Source: an uncultured virus (IMG/VR IMGVR_UViG_3300027278_000010) (taxonomy: Duplodnaviria > Heunggongvirae > Uroviricota > Caudoviricetes > Schitoviridae). From it: a DNA stretch of 64,000 bases. Below the pieces are notes generated by a model, which was not told the DNA's origin, made no database searches, and was given only the letters and a program-made list of their open reading frames with translations. Positions within the stretch are counted from its first letter, which is position 1; each line of letters starts with the position of its first letter. The position numbers and the translations under genes are program-made. Positions 57,953-64,000 of the stretch are shown piece by piece. The stretch lies in IMG/VR virus record IMGVR_UViG_3300027278_000010; one strand, written 5' to 3'.

Positions 57953-58717
57953 TTACTGGGTTTGACGAGCAACGCGAGAAGCGAGGCTGTTGTAGTAGGT
58001 CTGCATAGCCGAAAGCTGATTGAGCATATCGTTACGCTCTTCTTGGATCAGGCTCTTGAATACATCGCCTTCGGTGAACATACGCAGCTTGGTGATGTTA
58101 CCACCCAGAGTGGCCAGCTCGCTTTGCATGCGGGTCACATGGGTTTGCACCTTTGGAGTAGCCACAAGGGAGTAGCTTTTCTCAAACACATCTCGCGGTG
58201 ACCAGGAGATGTAACCGTCAAAGCCAGCTACGTTGTTGATGCCACCGTCCACGTATTGAACCAAGTAGCCCTCATCCTCACCGTTCTCATCGAGCGGCAG
58301 GCTCCAACCACGCAGGATGGTGTAGTCCAGACGATTCATTGGAACAAAGTGAACAACCTTCTGGCCGAGCGCAGTCTTCACAGGCTCTGCTTGATGAAGG
58401 ATCGCGCCGGTAGGTACGCCTGCTTTTTCGATAGCAGCAAGACGACACTTCAGCTCATAGCCCATGAGCATCCAGATTTTTTCTTCGGCATTCTCTCTGG
58501 AGATTTTTTCGCCGGTGCTCTTCACGTAGTTCTCAGGACTGGCACACGCAGATTCGCCGGTCACCATGAAACCGTTTTGCAGGGTGATCACGCAGATGGT
58601 TAGCAAGCCGTGGTACAGGAACTCCACATTCTTGATGTTCGCTTGTTGCATATCCCGAGTAACACGGGGGGCAAGGGCAGCGGCCTGAAGTTCTGCTTCG
58701 GTAATGCTTGTGGTCAT
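57953..58717 (-). CDS. Three-domain protein: Phage_gp49_66 (Acb4-like), GYISWSP domain and helical domain
   Basis: LTICVITLQNGFMVTGESACASPENY...IWMLMGY; RGW...EN..DEGYLV.Y...GYISWSPRDVFEKSY; RM..EL..L...I.KL..F; likely ATG 58717. Confidence 0.82.
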   Translation of the reverse strand: MTTSITEAELQAAALAPRVTRDMQQANIKNVEFLYHGLLTICVITLQNGFMVTGESACASPENYVKSTGEKISRENAEEKIWMLMGYELKCRLAAIEKAGVPTGAILHQAEPVKTALGQKVVHFVPMNRLDYTILRGWSLPLDENGEDEGYLVQYVDGGINNVAGFDGYISWSPRDVFEKSYSLVATPKVQTHVTRMQSELATLGGNITKLRMFTEGDVFKSLIQEERNDMLNQLSAMQTYYNSLASRVARQTQ

Positions 58718-58900
58718 ATCTCTCTCCAATACATCTCTAGGGTATGCGGACCACCCGTCTATTTTTTCTTTGGGTGGTTGCTTCTTGCGATTTACACTTT
58801 AGACTCTTTATAGTTTTTGCTCAAACTCTTTCTCCTACAAGGACAAGGAGGGCCATTCCTATTGTCTGTTGATACTCAACAGCCACAATAAAAACTGAAC

Positions 58901-58928
58901 TTCCCTAATCAAATGAACGTGTTATATT
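58901..58928 (+). promoter_or_regulatory. Putative extended -10 sigma70 promoter
   Basis: TGtTATATT at 58920-58928; weak -35 TTCCCT. Confidence 0.5.
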
Positions 58929-58934
58929 CGCGTT

Positions 58935-59137
58935 GCGCCTGGGCTGCTACCAGGGGTGATGCTTCTTGGATTGCCATAGCAACCCTAGCGGAAGTGGGGA
59001 TATAACAACCGCAGGTGACGGGCCGCTACTCCTTCTGGAACTACACCAGTCAGGTCAGAGTCACTAGCAGAGGCAGTCTGCTGGAAAAAAACGCAGGGGG
59101 AAGGGATCAGGCTTACATTGGCTGGTCCCTTCTTTTT
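58935..59137 (+). ncRNA. Candidate ~200-nt sRNA or attenuated leader
   Basis: Bounded by promoter and terminator; successive hairpins; no ORF with SD. Confidence 0.45.
59100..59137 (+). terminator. Intrinsic terminator
   Basis: gaagggatcag/ctggtcccttc stem plus T5. Confidence 0.75.
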
Positions 59138-59161
59138 ACCCACTACTTCAAGATATCTCTA

Positions 59162-59416
59162 ATGACCGACCACCTATTTATGTTCAGAAAAGATATTGGA
59201 TGGAGTCCTTCTTCTGAGACTTATCTGTATTCGACTGACTGCAAAGACACAGTTCTTCTGGTTATGAACCAAGAGGAAAAGCACCTCTACACAGGGTTGG
59301 CTTTGATGTACGGCAAGTCACCTGAGCTGCTGATCTTCTCAGAGGACTACGATCCGTATGGGGATGCTGCATTTGGTAGACAGGTCTTCTGCACCTTCAA
59401 ACCAAGCAACTCTTAA
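59162..59416 (+). CDS. Hypothetical protein
   Basis: Protein-like 84-aa frame; start uncertain, no clear SD. Confidence 0.5.
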   Translation: MTDHLFMFRKDIGWSPSSETYLYSTDCKDTVLLVMNQEEKHLYTGLALMYGKSPELLIFSEDYDPYGDAAFGRQVFCTFKPSNS

Positions 59417-59585
59417 ACATAGAACTATCTTTGTATATGGAGGGGTAGCCCAAAATTTTTCATACGGATTTTGGTGGTAGGCATGTTTCGTGGTACTTCT
59501 CACACATTCACACCCACCCCAAATAACAACTACCCCCCCGGTATCACACTCTCACACCTCACACCCTACCCCACCTTCTAGGTCG
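59417..59585. other. Probable genome terminus / collapsed terminal repeat region
   Basis: Non-coding, C/A-skewed; joins terminase end to first early promoter and gp1. Confidence 0.6.
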
Positions 59586-59605
59586 GGACGCTCTGCGTCT
59601 ATTGG
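59586..59605 (+). promoter_or_regulatory. vRNAP hairpin promoter
   Basis: GACGC-TCT-GCGTC-TATT-GG, N4 early-promoter geometry, upstream of gp1. Confidence 0.8.
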
Positions 59606-59637
59606 CACTATCGCCACTACTACTTAGGAGTATCACC

Positions 59638-59964
59638 ATGGCTACTGCACGTCTTACCTTCGGCTCTATCTTGGCCACTGTAAACACCACTGCAAACACC
59701 ATCACAGCTACCCTCGACGCAGCCAGCTCTGGCGTAGGCATGCTCAATGCCTTCGTCGATAACGCAGCTAAACATCAGAAGGCTCGTATCGCCGTCGATA
59801 ACGAAGACTTCATCGAGAACCTCATCCGTGACAAATCACGTGAACGCACTGCTTCCACTCTGGAAGTACAGAAGTTCATCGCTCAGTCACCGGAACATGC
59901 TGAAGCTTACAAGTCAGCATACGAAACCTACACCGCAATCCTACGCCCTGCAAAACAGGGCTAA
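59638..59964 (+). CDS. N4 gp1-like early protein
   Basis: AGGAG SD; 108 aa; first gene after hairpin promoter. Confidence 0.8.
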   Translation: MATARLTFGSILATVNTTANTITATLDAASSGVGMLNAFVDNAAKHQKARIAVDNEDFIENLIRDKSRERTASTLEVQKFIAQSPEHAEAYKSAYETYTAILRPAKQG

Positions 59965-60026
59965 ATCCCACCTAAACCGTGGCGGCTAGCAACCGCCACA
60001 TCTACAACCCCAGGAGAGTCACAGCG

Positions 60027-60119
60027 ATGGTCAACTATTTGATCCTTCCAGCAGCTTACTGTGCCTTCGGCACTTGGCTTCTACTCAGCGCGCTGAACGC
60101 GCTTAACCTACCAATCTAA
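60027..60119 (+). CDS. 30-aa hydrophobic peptide (not in ORF track)
   Basis: AGGAG SD; MVNYLILPAAYCAFGTWLLLSALNALNLPI. Confidence 0.55.
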   Translation: MVNYLILPAAYCAFGTWLLLSALNALNLPI

Positions 60120-60139
60120 CAACCAAAGAGAGTCTCTTT

Positions 60140-60313
60140 ATGCTCAAGCCACTCATGTTCATCATGACCGGAATCGTCTACTCGTTAGTCTCATTCCAAA
60201 CTTGGGAATATCTGTTCGGTGTAAGCATGAAAGGCTTTCACCCACTCCTAAGTTTACTGGTCTTAGTTGGTGTAACCATTGTCTGCCTTGTGGCAGTCAA
60301 GCAAGAAAACTAG
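60140..60313 (+). CDS. 57-aa two-TM membrane protein (not in ORF track)
   Basis: MLKPLMFIMTGIVYSLVSF...LLSLLVLVGVTIVCLVAVKQEN. Confidence 0.6.
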   Translation: MLKPLMFIMTGIVYSLVSFQTWEYLFGVSMKGFHPLLSLLVLVGVTIVCLVAVKQEN

Positions 60314-60333
60314 GCGCTCCGCGCCTTTTGGGA
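60312..60333 (+). promoter_or_regulatory. vRNAP hairpin promoter
   Basis: AGGCGC-TCC-GCGCCT-TTT-GG; template loop C-GGA-G as in N4 P2. Confidence 0.9.
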
Positions 60334-60387
60334 ATGATCCCTAGAGCAATCCTGCTCAATCTCTTCACTGCATCAAGGAGTAACATC

Positions 60388-60783
60388 ATGGGCGATATCA
60401 GCTTTGAGAAAACCTTCGGCAATCAAGCCAAAGCAGCAACCGCTGTTAAAGAGGATCGCCCTAAAGCGAACCTCTGGCTGAACATCGGCTACAGCGTTGA
60501 AGTCGATACTGCTGAAGGCGTCGAGCAGCGCTTCGTAAGCCTGCCGGTCGGCATTCCATTGGACACTATGGAACCTCTGCCGACCAACAGCCGCAATGCA
60601 GACTTCGCTGCATTCCAAGCAGCACGCAACAACCTGCATGAGCAAATCATGGCAGCTGCTCAAGCACTGCAACCAGGTGAGGAGAAAATCCTCAATCTGC
60701 AAATCCAACTCCGTCGTGTCAACGAAGAGTCGGTTGCAGTTGACTCCAGCAAAAACCAGTTCATCAAACCACTGGCGCTGTAA
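60388..60783 (+). CDS. N4 gp2/Drc-like ssDNA-binding RNAPII activator
   Basis: DRPKA..WLNIGY, FVSLPVGIPLDT, QLRRV; AAGGAG SD. Confidence 0.9.
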   Translation: MGDISFEKTFGNQAKAATAVKEDRPKANLWLNIGYSVEVDTAEGVEQRFVSLPVGIPLDTMEPLPTNSRNADFAAFQAARNNLHEQIMAAAQALQPGEEKILNLQIQLRRVNEESVAVDSSKNQFIKPLAL

Positions 60784-60788
60784 CCAAC

Positions 60789-60821
60789 AAGGGCTATCTC
60801 CACTCGGAGGTAGCCCTTTTA
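60789..60821 (+). terminator. Intrinsic terminator
   Basis: aagggctatctcc/ggaggtagccctt stem plus T-tract. Confidence 0.75.
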
Positions 60822-60945
60822 ATGCGTCAGAGATAGTTCAAAGCTCAACTCTGAGTTTCAACTCACCTAAATACTAAGTTGAACTTTTAACAGTCATTTG
60901 GCTAAAGCTACCTAAACACTTAGAGATAAGTATGAGGAAGAAACT

Positions 60946-61161
60946 ATGTCACTAAAAGACCCTGTTGATAAACGTATACGTGATCTCATCATTCGCCACG
61001 AGAACTGGAAAAACCAATGGAAAGAAGTCAATTACGGCTTTTCTGTTGAATGGGTAAGTCCTCGTGGGAAGTACATGACGTACTCAGCTTACTGCTCTGA
61101 AGTGGAAAAGCATCTTCAGAACACCATCAAGAAAATCAGAGAAACACTGGACAAGGAATAG
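60946..61161 (+). CDS. Hypothetical early protein
   Basis: GAGGA SD; 71 aa. Confidence 0.75.
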   Translation: MSLKDPVDKRIRDLIIRHENWKNQWKEVNYGFSVEWVSPRGKYMTYSAYCSEVEKHLQNTIKKIRETLDKE

Positions 61162-61167
61162 GCAAAA

Positions 61168-61734
61168 ATGAATGTCATTGCGCTAGCAAAACTACTCAAT
61201 CAGTACATCAGCCAAGGTGCTGGTGAATACCTCATTGCTGCCTTTAATCCTCCTGAAGGATTGGGCAGCGAGCTAGTAACAGAAGTGGTAACACGCGATG
61301 TATCCAACGTGCTGGAGTTCTACACCGGCACAGTTCCTCACAATCCAAACCACATCAAATGGCAAAAGCGGGATGGCTACGAATGTTCCAGCGTCGGAGA
61401 CAAACGCTTCAGTGCACTCAATGCTCTCATGCCAGATGGTCGCTCAATTGAGATGTGGTATCAGTGCGACATCAAAGGCTATGACATTGGTGGCACTGAT
61501 TGGAAGAAGGGCAAAGGCAAACCGCCTTTGTTTGAATTTCCAAACAATCAGCTATGGCAGCTGTATCTAAATCTGTGGCGACTGTGGGCAATCCAAAATA
61601 GCCATCTGATTATCGAACTCATGGAACTGGCAAAAACAAAAGACAACATCTTGTCTGATTGCTTTGCATCCAGCCCTATCAACCAAGCACGAGCACTCGC
61701 CACCATTATCAATGAGTGGCTGGTTGGGAGTTAA
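61168..61734 (+). CDS. Conserved phage protein, possibly NADAR-like
   Basis: YECSSVGDKRFSA, GRSIEMWYQ..IKG, NQARALA; family call tentative. Confidence 0.7.
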   Translation: MNVIALAKLLNQYISQGAGEYLIAAFNPPEGLGSELVTEVVTRDVSNVLEFYTGTVPHNPNHIKWQKRDGYECSSVGDKRFSALNALMPDGRSIEMWYQCDIKGYDIGGTDWKKGKGKPPLFEFPNNQLWQLYLNLWRLWAIQNSHLIIELMELAKTKDNILSDCFASSPINQARALATIINEWLVGS

Positions 61735-61736
61735 AA

Positions 61737-61985
61737 ATGACAACTCGCAAAATCCATATTGGCAGCACTACTGCCGCAGTACGTGATGTATTCGGTCTCT
61801 CAATACAAGAAGCCAAACAATTTGTAATGAGAAGGTCTCTACTAAACAAAGTAGACGACGCATCATCTATTGATGATTTAAAGGAAATTCTCTCAAGTTT
61901 GATAAAACGTCAAATGGGGGAGGATTCCCACCAAACAGATAGGATAGATGATTTCATCAAAACCTATGATCAAAACAAAATGTAA
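61737..61985 (+). CDS. Hypothetical protein
   Basis: GGGAG SD before ATG 61737. Confidence 0.7.
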   Translation: MTTRKIHIGSTTAAVRDVFGLSIQEAKQFVMRRSLLNKVDDASSIDDLKEILSSLIKRQMGEDSHQTDRIDDFIKTYDQNKM

Positions 61986-61995
61986 GGAGAAACAC

Positions 61996-62283
61996 ATGCA
62001 CCTCTTAGCAACTGTATTTATCCCTCCACATGGCAAACAAGAAATCATTGAAATAAAAGATGTAGCTGTTGAAGACAAAGAATACTTTGTCAAAAACAAC
62101 ATTGATATTTCAATGGAAGAACTCAGCACTGGCGTGAAAGTAGTTTACGCCGACTGGGGCAATCGTATGACCGATGGCACACCAAAAGAATCAATGGTGT
62201 TCTCCCGTGATAACGAAACTTGCGCAAGCACTCTCAAACGCTTGCGCTTAGTGGTTGAACTCGAAAAAGAGAACAACCTTTAA
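61996..62283 (+). CDS. Hypothetical protein
   Basis: AAGGAG SD before ATG 61996. Confidence 0.75.
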   Translation: MHLLATVFIPPHGKQEIIEIKDVAVEDKEYFVKNNIDISMEELSTGVKVVYADWGNRMTDGTPKESMVFSRDNETCASTLKRLRLVVELEKENNL

Positions 62284-62403
62284 GGAATCGGTTTCCCCCT
62301 CGCGGGGAAAACCTCTCGCACCGAGTACCAACTATGTATCGAAATACAACCACAGATACATATGGTGGTTACACCATCTTTGAACCAAAGGAGCTAAGAA
62401 GCC

Positions 62404-62700
62404 ATGACAACTTCTCAACAGTTAGTCCAAGCAGCCCTCAATCGCCAACTTCCAAAGAAACAAATCGAAGCAAACTCTGTAAGTGGCTTAGTAAAAGCCG
62501 CTGTAAAGATCATCAAGAATGAAATCAAAGTGTCGGGCACTGACTACTTGATTGAACGTGTGGCGAACTACACAGACACCACCATCACCAAACCAACACT
62601 CATGCGTTGGGTAAAGAGCGAAACTCATACGCCGCATCTCAGCAAGCTCAATGCTGTGCTGATTGCGTGCGGATACCAACTGTCGTTGGTGAAGAAGTAA
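62404..62700 (+). CDS. XRE-type HTH protein
   Basis: VA......ITKPTLMRW..SETHTPHLSKLNAVL.ACGY; AAGGAG SD. Confidence 0.75.
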   Translation: MTTSQQLVQAALNRQLPKKQIEANSVSGLVKAAVKIIKNEIKVSGTDYLIERVANYTDTTITKPTLMRWVKSETHTPHLSKLNAVLIACGYQLSLVKK

Positions 62701-62882
62701 TGGGCCTCGGGCCAATAGTGAATGGGAAACAGCAACCCATCACTCCCTATAAAGGTTCATGGGCTGACTCCATGAACAAACAAGAACTCTGGGAAGCTGA
62801 CCCAAACTGCAAACACGAGGTAAAACCAGCTCCAGGCGGTGGTGTGAAATGCACCAAATGCCGTGGCTGGTTTTGTTACTGA
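62700..62882 (+). CDS. Small zinc-ribbon protein
   Basis: TAATG overlap; ADPNCKH...GGVKCTKCRGWFCY. Confidence 0.75.
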   Translation: MGLGPIVNGKQQPITPYKGSWADSMNKQELWEADPNCKHEVKPAPGGGVKCTKCRGWFCY

Positions 62883-62883
62883 C

Positions 62884-63153
62884 ATGGCCCATTACCTCGT
62901 GTACTGGAGTTCAGGAAAGAGTGAGCCTCGTGCTTCTAATTGGTACACCTTGAATGGGGTAATCACTCACGCATCACCTGCTCTTAAAGAATGGCAAGGT
63001 GGTAGTCACAAAGCACTCGTGCGTTACTTGCATCGCCATGGCTATTCAATAATGCACATCAACAATCTGTGCGCTCCAACAAGCATCGCTTACCACAATC
63101 AGCTTAAAAGCTGTGTGGACAGTCTTCTTCAACTAATGAACGAAAGGAAATAA
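62884..63153 (+). CDS. Hypothetical protein
   Basis: ATG directly after upstream stop. Confidence 0.6.
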   Translation: MAHYLVYWSSGKSEPRASNWYTLNGVITHASPALKEWQGGSHKALVRYLHRHGYSIMHINNLCAPTSIAYHNQLKSCVDSLLQLMNERK

Positions 63154-63155
63154 CT

Positions 63156-63341
63156 ATGTACTACGGCGTATTAGCAACACTGACTGCTTGGTTGATCATT
63201 CTTGTGATCAACATTGTATTGAGCCGCCCAAATGAACACATGAACTACCCGAAAGTTTACTTTCACTTAGTTGTGTTCATCATCATAGGTATCGTCTTCG
63301 GTTCGTTTTACGAACTCTGGGCAGAGGTGCCTTATGAGTGA
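63156..63341 (+). CDS. Two-TM membrane protein
   Basis: AAGGA SD; two hydrophobic helices. Confidence 0.7.
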   Translation: MYYGVLATLTAWLIILVINIVLSRPNEHMNYPKVYFHLVVFIIIGIVFGSFYELWAEVPYE

Positions 63342-63498
63342 CCCAACAAAACCCAAGTATCACTTGTTAAAAGGCACCGCAGCAGATGGTGCCAAAATTG
63401 CTGTGTGCGGTAAAACCGTACATGAACATTTAATCAGCAAAGATGCGGTCCTCGTATCTTGCTCCAATTGTCTCAAATGGATGATCAAAAATGGCTAA
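63334..63498 (+). CDS. Small zinc-finger protein (54 aa, not in ORF track)
   Basis: GAGGTG SD; H...CG...VSCSNC. Confidence 0.7.
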   Translation: MSDPTKPKYHLLKGTAADGAKIAVCGKTVHEHLISKDAVLVSCSNCLKWMIKNG

Positions 63499-63874
63499 GC
63501 CAATCTTTGTATTCGGTTCAAACGAAGCAGGTATGCACGGTGCTGGCGCAGCCGCATTTGCATATAAGAACAAGGGTGCACGTTACGGTAAAGGCTACGG
63601 TCATCATGGTGATTCGTGGGCTATTCCAACCAAAGACATGGACATCATGACTTTGCCGCTTGACCGCATTAACGACTACGTGACTGGCTTCCTTGCCTAT
63701 GCACGTGGTCACCGCAAGCTGACATTCCAGGTCAGCTGCATCGGCTGTGGTCTGGCCGGTCTCAAGCATTCTGACATTGCACCGATGTTCAAGAACGCAC
63801 CTGCCAACTGCCAATTCGATGAGAAATGGCGTCCTTATCTGGGCGATGCTTTCACCTACTGGGGAACCTTCTAA
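63491..63874 (+). CDS. Macrodomain-like protein (A1S_2505-type)
   Basis: IFVFGSN.AG.HG.GAA, AIPTK, IGCGLAG. Confidence 0.8.
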   Translation: MAKPIFVFGSNEAGMHGAGAAAFAYKNKGARYGKGYGHHGDSWAIPTKDMDIMTLPLDRINDYVTGFLAYARGHRKLTFQVSCIGCGLAGLKHSDIAPMFKNAPANCQFDEKWRPYLGDAFTYWGTF

Positions 63875-64000
63875 TGGCCAGGTCTCCCAGAAGAGACCAA
63901 AAGCCAGAAGGCATTCCCTTATTGCAGCGCACGTCTTCCGGGCGTGTGGTGCTATTGCATGCCTTCTACGAAACACCCTGTTTTTACTGGTTTCGTGCAT
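63874..64000 (+). CDS. Hypothetical protein, truncated by window edge
   Basis: TAATG overlap; open to end of window. Confidence 0.5.
   Translation, partial: MARSPRRDQKPEGIPLLQRTSSGRVVLLHAFYETPCFYWFRA

Noticed and set aside
60202..60387. N-terminal extension of gp2-like protein
   Set aside because: Spans another ORF and the hairpin promoter; strong SD at 60388

Overview
The window is most of an N4-like (Schitoviridae) podophage genome, apparently assembled in permuted form. + strand 1-21.4 kb: nucleotide metabolism and replication (dCTP deaminase, ThyX, rIIA/rIIB, MazG-like protein, Dda-like helicase, family A DNA polymerase, primase, SSB, resolvase). - strand 21.4-58.7 kb: the late module (3456-aa virion RNA polymerase, ejection proteins, capsid, portal, lysis cassette, tail, terminase). 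The probable genome end is near 59.4-59.6 kb. The early region follows, with two N4-type hairpin promoters and gp1/gp2 homologues. The RNAPII genes lie outside the window. The host is Gram-negative (spanins); Pseudomonas is only a guess. Most unusual: (1) an ~830-nt ORF-poor block (1127-1961) with three long closing stems, G-U pairs and GNRA loops that favour a + strand RNA, and a duplicated 41-nt unit, suggesting an undescribed ncRNA cluster; (2) a tail appendage with a GH5 cellulase, two SGNH esterases and a GH8-like domain, where several folds appear split across gene boundaries; (3) a three-domain Acb4-like sponge fusion; (4) a second candidate sRNA or attenuator near the genome end. All family assignments come from reading motifs by eye; no searches were run.
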